Positions 55,348 through 62,787 of a stretch of DNA of 64,000 nt are shown here, one piece after another. Location: assembly GCA_947447995.1 (NCBI GenBank), contig CANFLQ010000004.1:2268-66267 (forward strand), given 5' to 3'. How positions within the stretch are numbered: the stretch's first letter is position 1; the number at the start of each line of letters is the position of its first letter. The DNA is from Bacteroidota bacterium (GTDB lineage: Bacteria; Bacteroidota; Bacteroidia; 2-12-FULL-35-15). The notes beneath the pieces were generated by a model that saw only the letters and a list, made by a program, of their open reading frames with translations, searched no databases and was not told the origin of the DNA. A program made the position numbers and the translations under genes.

Positions 55348-56415
55348 ATGAAATTACCTGTTTATATTTTGGTAATGCTGTTGTTTTTTATAACACCAGC
55401 AGTATTGTCGCAAACATGCGATTCGGTTAAGGAGTGTAATTGTGCGCTTAACGATAGAAGTCCTGCGGGTATTATGTTAGCGCACGAACATTCTAAAGGT
55501 GTTTGGAAATTTTCGTATAGGTATATGAACATGGCGATGAATGGCAATTTATTGGGTACACAAAAAGTGGATGATAATTTTGTTTTTAATAATTATATCA
55601 TGTCTCCCCAAAATATGCGTATGGATATGCACATGCTTATGGCAATGTATGGTATAACCAATCGGTTGTCGGTTATGGCAATGTTTAATTACAATGTGTT
55701 GGATATGAATATGAGTATGCTGCCAACAACGTTGCATGTTCACGGAGCAGGAACTACCAGTGCCAAAAGTACGCATGTAATGAATACAAAAACATCCGGG
55801 TTGGGTGATATTCAATTGTATGCAGTATATTCTTTATTGAATAAAAGCGACCAACTTTTATTGTTGAACGGTGGTGTGAATATCCCTACAGGAAACATTT
55901 ATAATAAAGGCAATAGCAGTGATTTAATGTATCCTTCACAACAATTGCCTTATATGATGCAAATGGGGTCAGGTACTGTTGATTTTATGCCTGGGTTAAC
56001 CTACTTAATGCTAGTAAATAAGTTTTCATGGAGTACTCAGGTAACGTCGGTAATACGTCCGTTTATGAATACACGTAACTATCGTTTAGGTAATGAAGGA
56101 ACATTGAATATTTGGGCTGCCTACCAATGGTTTAATTGGTTGAGTACTTCACTAAGGTTGGAAGGAATAGCTAAAGGGGAAATTGTAACTAAAGATGCTG
56201 CGCTTTCAACCGTGATGGAGCCATCTGCAAATGCTAAAAATTATGGTGGTAAAAATATCAATAGTTATATAGGGGTTAATTTTTATTTGAATAAAGGATT
56301 TTTAGAAAATAGTAAACTTTCCATGGAATATGGGATGCCATTGTATCAAAATATTAATGGTATTCAATTGGCACAAAAATCAACTATATATGCCGGTTGG
56401 ATGATATCATTTTAA
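55348..56415 (+). CDS. outer-membrane transporter-family beta-barrel (MetA/phenol-degradation-like) with Met/His-rich loops
   Basis: Signal peptide. SGLGDIQLY motif typical of the PF13557-type barrel. Runs such as YMNMAMNG, MRMDMHMLMAMYG and LDMNMSMLPTTLHVHG. Ends ..YAGWMISF. Confidence 0.7.
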   Translation: MKLPVYILVMLLFFITPAVLSQTCDSVKECNCALNDRSPAGIMLAHEHSKGVWKFSYRYMNMAMNGNLLGTQKVDDNFVFNNYIMSPQNMRMDMHMLMAMYGITNRLSVMAMFNYNVLDMNMSMLPTTLHVHGAGTTSAKSTHVMNTKTSGLGDIQLYAVYSLLNKSDQLLLLNGGVNIPTGNIYNKGNSSDLMYPSQQLPYMMQMGSGTVDFMPGLTYLMLVNKFSWSTQVTSVIRPFMNTRNYRLGNEGTLNIWAAYQWFNWLSTSLRLEGIAKGEIVTKDAALSTVMEPSANAKNYGGKNINSYIGVNFYLNKGFLENSKLSMEYGMPLYQNINGIQLAQKSTIYAGWMISF

Positions 56416-56465
56416 TAAAAAAATATCACTTTAAAATAGAATATAAACAATTAAAAAAAACACAA

Positions 56466-57263
56466 ATGAAAGCAATAAAAAAAATACAAATGGCATTTAT
56501 AGGCCTTGTTACACTGGCTGCAATAACATTAAATGCATGTAAAAAAGATGTAGATTTAACTGCAAAACCTGCTACTATAAAGGTAATTGAAAAAGGAGGA
56601 TTGGCATTTCACATTCATAGCTTGGTAGATTCGGTAGAGATAGAAGCGTATGATACCATTTATCAATTGAGTGGTGGTAGAAAATTTTCAGTGACCATGG
56701 CGCAACTCTACCTTTCAAATATTCAGTTGATAAAATTAGATGGATCCACCGTAGATGTATCAGGTGTTATTAAACTAAAACAACAACAAGTGGAAGAGTG
56801 TGAACTAGGAAGTGTGCCAGTAGGAAATTATAAGTCGATTAAATTTAATGTGGGTTTAAGTGCTGCTGTTAACGCCACAGTACCTGCAAATACAGACACA
56901 ACACTTAATCATCCTGATATGTGGTTTAACACTGCAATGGCTCAACCAGATGGTTTTGTGTTTGTAAATTTTGAAGGAACAGTAGATACTACCGCCGCAG
57001 CAAATGGAAGTGTATTGGTACCATTTTCATACAAAATTGGAACAAATGCTAATTTACAAACGGTTACTTTACCCGATCAAAACTTTACAATACTAAAGGG
57101 GCAAACTCAGGAAATACATATAGCAATTGATTATGCCAAGTTGTTTGATGGTGTTCAATTAAATAACAATGGAAATTTAATAATGAATACAGTTTCTGCT
57201 AATGCTACTGCATTGGGAACAATGATTGCAAATAATATTCAAAAAATAGTTAGTTATATGTAA
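56466..57263 (+). CDS. MbnP-like lipoprotein, divergent copy A
   Basis: Lipobox ..TLNAC. (A)QLYLSNIQLIKLDGS and LGSVPVGNYKSIKFNVGL align with copy B. The W-x-W-N-S-G-Y motif is replaced by MWFNTAMAQPDGFVFVNFEG. Start chosen at ATG 56466. Confidence 0.55.
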   Translation: MKAIKKIQMAFIGLVTLAAITLNACKKDVDLTAKPATIKVIEKGGLAFHIHSLVDSVEIEAYDTIYQLSGGRKFSVTMAQLYLSNIQLIKLDGSTVDVSGVIKLKQQQVEECELGSVPVGNYKSIKFNVGLSAAVNATVPANTDTTLNHPDMWFNTAMAQPDGFVFVNFEGTVDTTAAANGSVLVPFSYKIGTNANLQTVTLPDQNFTILKGQTQEIHIAIDYAKLFDGVQLNNNGNLIMNTVSANATALGTMIANNIQKIVSYM

Positions 57264-57375
57264 TGATAACAACTTTATGTAACAAAAGTTGCAGAATTTT
57301 ATTTTTTTGAAATACACCTTTAAAGAATTAAAATTAATTATTAAGAATTAAAGTAAAACTATAAAAACAATATAC

Positions 57376-58158
57376 ATGAAAACACTAATTAAAAAATTAG
57401 CATTATCCTCGGCATTAATTGCTGTTGTGGTTACAGGTTGTAAAAAAGATCCAAAAGAAGAATCCCCTAAACCTGCCAGTCAGGAACAAGACCTTGCTCT
57501 GGTATTTAAAAATGTAGCAGGAACAAGTGATGTAGATTTTATATCTGCCTATACAACAAATTCCGCACAAAAATATACGTTGTCAACTGTGCGCTTTTAT
57601 ATGTCAGGCATAAGCCTTGTAAAAAGTGATGGTTCGGAATATCCTTTAACTGGGCAGTATTTGTTAGTAGATCCTTCAGTATCTCATTTTCATTTAGGAA
57701 AAGTGCCTGTTGGAAATTATAAAGGATTGAAGTTTACAGTTGGTATTGACTCTGTTACCAATCACAAAGATCCAAGTACTTATGCTACAACAAATCCACT
57801 TGCTAATCAAACACCATCCATGCATTGGAGTTGGAATTCGGGTTATGTATTTATGATGATTGAAGGAAGCTGTGATACCACAGCGGCAGGTACGGATGCT
57901 CTTGCTTCAGGTCAATATCATCATTCAATGTTTTTTCATTTAGGTATGGATGGGTTGACTAGAAAAGTAGAGTTGAATAATTCTGCATTTTCAATAGTTA
58001 GCGGAACCGATAAATATGTGTATATAAAAACAGATATGAATCAGCTTTTAAATGGTGTTGATTTGAAAACAGAAAATCAAAGCCATACTATGGGCACAAT
58101 GATGTTGGCAACAAAAGTAGCAAACAATATACCCAATGCATTTAGTATAGTTCCTTAA
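57376..58158 (+). CDS. MbnP-family lipoprotein, copy B
   Basis: Lipobox VVTGC. VRFYMSGISLVKSDGSEYPL, LGKVPVGNYKGLKFTVGIDS..NH.DP and MHWSWNSGYVFMMIEG match my recollection of the MbnP (TIGR04052) consensus. It lies directly upstream of a di-haem enzyme gene. Confidence 0.65.
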   Translation: MKTLIKKLALSSALIAVVVTGCKKDPKEESPKPASQEQDLALVFKNVAGTSDVDFISAYTTNSAQKYTLSTVRFYMSGISLVKSDGSEYPLTGQYLLVDPSVSHFHLGKVPVGNYKGLKFTVGIDSVTNHKDPSTYATTNPLANQTPSMHWSWNSGYVFMMIEGSCDTTAAGTDALASGQYHHSMFFHLGMDGLTRKVELNNSAFSIVSGTDKYVYIKTDMNQLLNGVDLKTENQSHTMGTMMLATKVANNIPNAFSIVP

Positions 58159-58175
58159 AAAATAGCATAAGGTTA

Positions 58176-58212
58176 GCGCCAAACATTAATTGTTTTGTTT
58201 AATGTTTGGCGC
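58176..58212 (+). promoter_or_regulatory. perfect 14-bp stem, 9-nt loop hairpin between MbnP-like B and the di-haem enzyme gene
   Basis: GCGCCAAACATTAA ttgttttgt TTAATGTTTGGCGC. No U-tract follows. 18 nt after the stop at 58158 and 34 nt before ATG 58246. Confidence 0.5.
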
Positions 58213-58245
58213 AACATTTACGTTAACTATTTTAAAAAATGCCCC

Positions 58246-59292
58246 ATGAATACATACAGTAAATTTAAAAATATACATTATTTACGTTTTGTTGGACGGC
58301 GTCAAATAGTATTGTTATTTATACCAGTACTATTTGTTTTTTCATGTAAAAAAGAACCTGTTCCGTATGAATATTCTGAGGGCAATAAAGTAGTTTTGTA
58401 TACTGTACCTAAAGGTTTTCCATACCCTACAGTACCCGTAGATAATTTACCAACAAAAAACAGAATAGTATTAGGTAAGCGATTGTTTTTTGATCCTGTA
58501 CTTTCTCGTGATAGCACAATATCCTGTGGTTCCTGCCATTTGGAAGATAAATATTTTACAGATAATTTAAAAGTAAGTGAAGGTATTGGTAAGCAATTAG
58601 GTGTTAGAAATGCTCCTACCATTATTAATGTTGCATACCATCCTTACTTTTTTTGGGATGGAGGTAATCCAACATTGGAACAACAAGTAGTTGGGCCAAT
58701 TGAAAATCCGTTGGAAATGGGTTTTAATATTAATGAAGCTGTTGCGCGGTTAAAAAAACATTCCGATTATGTTAAACTCTTTCAAGAGGCTTACGGTAAG
58801 GAAATTAGTCCTTTTACGTTAACACGCGCCATTGCTTGTTATGAACGAACAATAATAAGTGGTAATTCCAGGTACGATGATTATATTCAGAAAGGAGATA
58901 CATCTGCATTAACAACATCTGAAAAAAATGGAATGAATATATTTTTTGGAGAAAAAGGCGAATGTTTTCATTGTCACGGAGGATTTAATTTTACCGATAA
59001 TAGTTTTGCAAATAATGGCTTGTATACCACCTATGCCGATTCGGGACGAGCTAGAATAACCCTTAAAGCATCCGATGTTGGAAAATTTAAAACGCCATCA
59101 TTACGCAATATTGATAACACGGCGCCGTATATGCACGATGGTAGTTTTGCTACATTAGTAGAAGTTGTTGAGCACTATAACAGTGGAGGTAAAAAACATC
59201 CAAATAAAAGTCCAATTTTATTACCATTAAAATTAACGGTTACACAAAAACAAGATCTGGTAAATTTTTTAAAATCCTTAACGGATAAATAA
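58246..59292 (+). CDS. di-haem cytochrome c peroxidase-family enzyme (MbnH/MauG/CCP-like), copy 1
   Basis: Two CxxCH motifs (CGSCH, CFHCH). PSLRNI..TAPYMHDGSFATL.EVVEHYNSGG. Lipoprotein-like N-terminus (..VFSCKKE). Start chosen at ATG 58246; the track ORF begins at a TTG at 58195. Confidence 0.88.
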   Translation: MNTYSKFKNIHYLRFVGRRQIVLLFIPVLFVFSCKKEPVPYEYSEGNKVVLYTVPKGFPYPTVPVDNLPTKNRIVLGKRLFFDPVLSRDSTISCGSCHLEDKYFTDNLKVSEGIGKQLGVRNAPTIINVAYHPYFFWDGGNPTLEQQVVGPIENPLEMGFNINEAVARLKKHSDYVKLFQEAYGKEISPFTLTRAIACYERTIISGNSRYDDYIQKGDTSALTTSEKNGMNIFFGEKGECFHCHGGFNFTDNSFANNGLYTTYADSGRARITLKASDVGKFKTPSLRNIDNTAPYMHDGSFATLVEVVEHYNSGGKKHPNKSPILLPLKLTVTQKQDLVNFLKSLTDK

Positions 59293-59336
59293 ATTAAAAA
59301 AAATCAATCATCGTAAAAAATACGTGAAGCAATAAA

Positions 59337-59756
59337 GTGTCAGATAGAAAATTTTATACTACTATTTTTAAAGTAAATAAAAAAACATTTGCTGTAACAA
59401 TGCTTGTGGCTATTTTGTTTCAAGCGTTTTGTTCATTTATCATGTATGCAAATTATGAAATTAATAAAGAAAAGATTACTCAAAGATTTTGTGAAAATAA
59501 AAACAAACCTCAACTACATTGCAATGGTAAATGCCATTTGATAAAACAACTTAATAAAGCAGAAAAAGAAGAAAATACACCGTTAAATAATCTAAAAGAA
59601 AAAATAGAATTTTCTCCTTATGTTATTATGGATGATAGTGTATTCGCTTTTTATAAATATAGCACAAACATAAAACATAGTTTTTCTTACGTGTTTAATT
59701 TTTATTTAATTCATCCCAATACTATTTTCCGTCCCCCTCTTCGTTCGGTTTGCTAA
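59337..59756 (+). CDS. small membrane protein with a C-x9-HCNGKCH motif (copy 2)
   Basis: TM helix, then ANYEINKEKITQRFCENKNKPQLHCNGKCHLIKQLNKAEKEE, ending ..IFRPPLRSVC. The start is uncertain: GTG 59337 or ATG 59400. Confidence 0.6.
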   Translation: MSDRKFYTTIFKVNKKTFAVTMLVAILFQAFCSFIMYANYEINKEKITQRFCENKNKPQLHCNGKCHLIKQLNKAEKEENTPLNNLKEKIEFSPYVIMDDSVFAFYKYSTNIKHSFSYVFNFYLIHPNTIFRPPLRSVC

Positions 59757-59780
59757 CCACTTACTAGTATATTCTTAAAA

Positions 59781-59799
59781 CATACGGATAATCCGTATG
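59781..59799. promoter_or_regulatory. perfect 19-bp palindrome CATACGGATAATCCGTATG
   Basis: Located between small protein copy 2 (stop 59756) and MbnP-like C (ATG 59859). Either an operator-like site or a 7-bp stem, 5-nt loop RNA hairpin. Confidence 0.4.
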
Positions 59800-59858
59800 G
59801 TATGCGCTATGCGATAAATTTGCTATGGACTAATTATAAACATATTAAATTATTAAAA

Positions 59859-60725
59859 ATGAAATTCAAACTTATTTTATTAAGTACGGCATTGCTATTT
59901 ACTGCAATTGGCTGTAAAAAAGAAACAATTGAAAAAATTGTTTATGTTAACAATACACCTGTGGCAACACCTGCCGAAACAGGTACGGTGGAATTAATAG
60001 TTGAACCCACATTAGATGGCGTACCATATACCATGGGTACAGAATTTACAACACCTGCAGGTGAAAAATTAACGGTAACTGATCTTAGGTTTTTACTAAG
60101 TAGTATTGGTTTAGCTAAGGAAAATTCTCAGGAAAATAAATCCATTACTTATCCTGGTGATTTAGCGCAAAGCAATGTTTATTTGGTAGATTTAAAAACA
60201 CCCAATTTTGACAATGGTCACGGTTTGAATAGTTGTAAAATTAGATTTAAAGGGGTTGTTGGGGAGTATGCCGACATTCGTTTTAAAATGGACGTACCCA
60301 ATGAATATAATTTAGCTGATGCAACAACAAATCCATATCCATTAGATGCAGCCACTGGAATGTATTGGTCATGGAATTCTGGGTACAAATTTTTAGTAGT
60401 GAATGGAACAAGTGCTAGCTTAACAGGTTTTAATGGTGTTCATTTATCTATTGGGGCGGACAAAAGTTGTGTGTTTAATTTTAGAAGTTTAATACTTGCA
60501 CCAAGCTTACCTAAAATTATAGTTGAAAAAGATAAAGTAACACAAATTCGTTTTACCTATAATTTGATGCAAATGTTGAGAAATACCAACGGAACTAAGT
60601 ATTCTTTATTACCAAATCCCGATGGTTCAAGCAACTCTCAAGTACATGGTGGTGCAAATGCAAATGTATTACGCGGTAACATTCAGCAAGCTTTGGAATT
60701 AAATAAGTTTTTTAACCCTCAATAA
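59859..60725 (+). CDS. MbnP-family lipoprotein, copy C
   Basis: Lipobox TAIGC. DLRFLLSSIGLAKE.., GMYWSWNSGYKFLVVNG. Start chosen at ATG 59859 (MKFKLILLSTALLF). Confidence 0.6.
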   Translation: MKFKLILLSTALLFTAIGCKKETIEKIVYVNNTPVATPAETGTVELIVEPTLDGVPYTMGTEFTTPAGEKLTVTDLRFLLSSIGLAKENSQENKSITYPGDLAQSNVYLVDLKTPNFDNGHGLNSCKIRFKGVVGEYADIRFKMDVPNEYNLADATTNPYPLDAATGMYWSWNSGYKFLVVNGTSASLTGFNGVHLSIGADKSCVFNFRSLILAPSLPKIIVEKDKVTQIRFTYNLMQMLRNTNGTKYSLLPNPDGSSNSQVHGGANANVLRGNIQQALELNKFFNPQ

Positions 60726-60733
60726 TAATTAGT

Positions 60734-61642
60734 ATGAAAAATAAAAAATATGTTTTAGCACTACTTATTGTAGTTGCTATTTTTAGTATGAATTTTGGAT
60801 TAAAATTTATGAGCGCAGGTTTTGGCGATAGTACTGGAGCTCCAATGAAAACAACTGTTAAAAGTAGTTATGTAGGATGTAATAATTCTGGTTGTCATAC
60901 AAGCAAGTTGCTAAACGATGCTACACAAGGTTTTGTAGATGTAACCAGTGATATTCCTTTAACGGGTTGGGTTCCTAATACAACCTATAATATTACAGTA
61001 ACTGCTACTGCAATAGGAATGTATGCGTATGGTTTTCAGTTTACCACCTGGGGTAAAACGGACAGCGTAACTAAAGGCACATTAACGGCTATGGATGCGG
61101 ATGTGCAAATTAAAAAGTCGATTTTAAAAAGCAGTAAGGGTGCTACATTGGATAGCAACTACTACGCAACTCATTTGAAAACTTCTGTAACACATGGTTC
61201 AACCCATAATATGTGGATGTTTCAATGGAAAGCACCCGCTGTTAAAAATCAGGAAGTACGTTTTTACTTAACCGCTGTTTGTGCAAATGGCAATGGATCA
61301 GCTTTTGGAGATTATGTATATCGTATAAATAAAAATGCGGATTCATCGTCAATTAAAAGTTTAAATATTAACTCAGTAGGTATTGCTGAATTGATGATGA
61401 CTGACAATGTTTTCATTTATCCAACCATTACAAAAAATGATATAAACATAAGTATTCCTAATAAATTAGGAGAGGCAACGGTTTGTGTGATGGATATTAC
61501 TGGTAAAATGGTACTTAACACAGTGTTGATGTTAAACGAAAACTTACATATTATTAATTTAAGTGAATTTGAAACTGGAACGTATGTTATTACTATTCAA
61601 GGTTCAAACTTTAATTTTTCTAAAAAAGTAGTTAAAATATAA
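60734..61642 (+). CDS. T9SS type A-sorted secreted protein with an N-terminal GAP...C-x4-CH domain
   Basis: Signal or anchor. DSTGAPMKTT..YVGCNNSGCH; GFQFT; WMFQWKAP; FYLTAVCANGNGS..GDYVY. C-terminal IYPTITKNDINISIP...GTYVITI sorting domain. Confidence 0.75.
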   Translation: MKNKKYVLALLIVVAIFSMNFGLKFMSAGFGDSTGAPMKTTVKSSYVGCNNSGCHTSKLLNDATQGFVDVTSDIPLTGWVPNTTYNITVTATAIGMYAYGFQFTTWGKTDSVTKGTLTAMDADVQIKKSILKSSKGATLDSNYYATHLKTSVTHGSTHNMWMFQWKAPAVKNQEVRFYLTAVCANGNGSAFGDYVYRINKNADSSSIKSLNINSVGIAELMMTDNVFIYPTITKNDINISIPNKLGEATVCVMDITGKMVLNTVLMLNENLHIINLSEFETGTYVITIQGSNFNFSKKVVKI

Positions 61643-61687
61643 AATGAATTGAGGCTGTAGTAAAAGTTGTTTTAATTGTTAAAAAAT

Positions 61688-61720
61688 AGACCTGACAGGT
61701 TTTCAAAACCTGTTAGGTCT
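61688..61720 (+). terminator. 14-bp stem hairpin (one G-U pair) after the T9SS protein gene
   Basis: AGACCTGACAGGTT ttcaa AACCTGTTAGGTCT, 46 nt after the stop at 61642 and 28 nt before ATG 61749. No clear U-tract. The sequence type (cctgacaggtt) is a common Bacteroidota intergenic palindrome. Confidence 0.45.
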
Positions 61721-61748
61721 TAATAAAGTCCCTCTTTTTAATATATCA

Positions 61749-62786
61749 ATGAACGGGTTAAAATATATTTTCTTTTTTTTATTTGGTTTGCATTCTTGTA
61801 AAAAGGATGCAGTAAACCAACCTAAGCCAGAATTGCCTATTAGCAATGATGGTAGCTATACTTACAATACACCAAGTTATTTTCCTCCATTAAACTATCC
61901 AAGCAATAATAAACCAACAAAACGAAAATTTGATTTGGGTAAAAAATTGTTTTATGATAAAATATTATCAAAAGATTTTTCCATTTCTTGTTCATCGTGT
62001 CATCATCAAAATTTAGCTTTTTCGGACAGTGTACAATTTAGTACAGGTTCTGGCAATCAATTAGCGGCACGTAATGAGCCAACATTAACAAATGTTGGTT
62101 ATAACAGTACTTATTTTTGGGATGGCGGTGTTCCCAGTTTAGAGCTACAAGCATTGGCACCGTTGGATAATCATTTAGAATTTAATTTACCTTACGATAG
62201 TATGCTTATTCGTTTAAACAGCAATGCTATATATAAACAATTATTTAATGAAGCATTTGGTACAGATGCAAATTTGAGTGGTTATACCAAAGCGTTGGCA
62301 TGTTATGAAAGGTCTTTTATTTCGGGCAATTCCAAGTATGATAATTTTTATTATAAAAATAATACAAGTGCTTTTAATGCCAGTGAATTAAATGGATATA
62401 AATTATTTACTGATTCTGAAATTGCTTGCAATTCCTGCCATTCAGGGTTTAATTTTACAAATGGCTCATTTCAAAATATAGGTTTATATATAAATTATCC
62501 CGATCCAGGGCGTTATAAAGTTACTGGATATATACAGGATTTAGCTTGTTTTAAAGTACCAACACTGCGTAATGTTGCCTTAACAGCACCGTATATGCAC
62601 GATGGCAGTATTGCAACATTGGAACAAGTTATTGATCATTTTAATAGTGGAGGGCAAGCGCATACCAATAAATCACCACTGGTAAAACCATTAAACTTAA
62701 CTGCCCAAGAAAAAACGGATTTAGTTAATTTTTTAAAAACACTTACCGATACTGAATTTATTGAGCAACAAAATTTGAAACCATAG
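61749..62786 (+). CDS. di-haem cytochrome c peroxidase-family enzyme (MbnH/MauG/CCP-like), copy 2
   Basis: CSSCH and CNSCH haem motifs. PTLRNVALTAPYMHDGSIATLEQVIDHFNSGG. Lipobox-like GLHSC. Confidence 0.88.
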   Translation: MNGLKYIFFFLFGLHSCKKDAVNQPKPELPISNDGSYTYNTPSYFPPLNYPSNNKPTKRKFDLGKKLFYDKILSKDFSISCSSCHHQNLAFSDSVQFSTGSGNQLAARNEPTLTNVGYNSTYFWDGGVPSLELQALAPLDNHLEFNLPYDSMLIRLNSNAIYKQLFNEAFGTDANLSGYTKALACYERSFISGNSKYDNFYYKNNTSAFNASELNGYKLFTDSEIACNSCHSGFNFTNGSFQNIGLYINYPDPGRYKVTGYIQDLACFKVPTLRNVALTAPYMHDGSIATLEQVIDHFNSGGQAHTNKSPLVKPLNLTAQEKTDLVNFLKTLTDTEFIEQQNLKP

Positions 62787-62787
62787 C

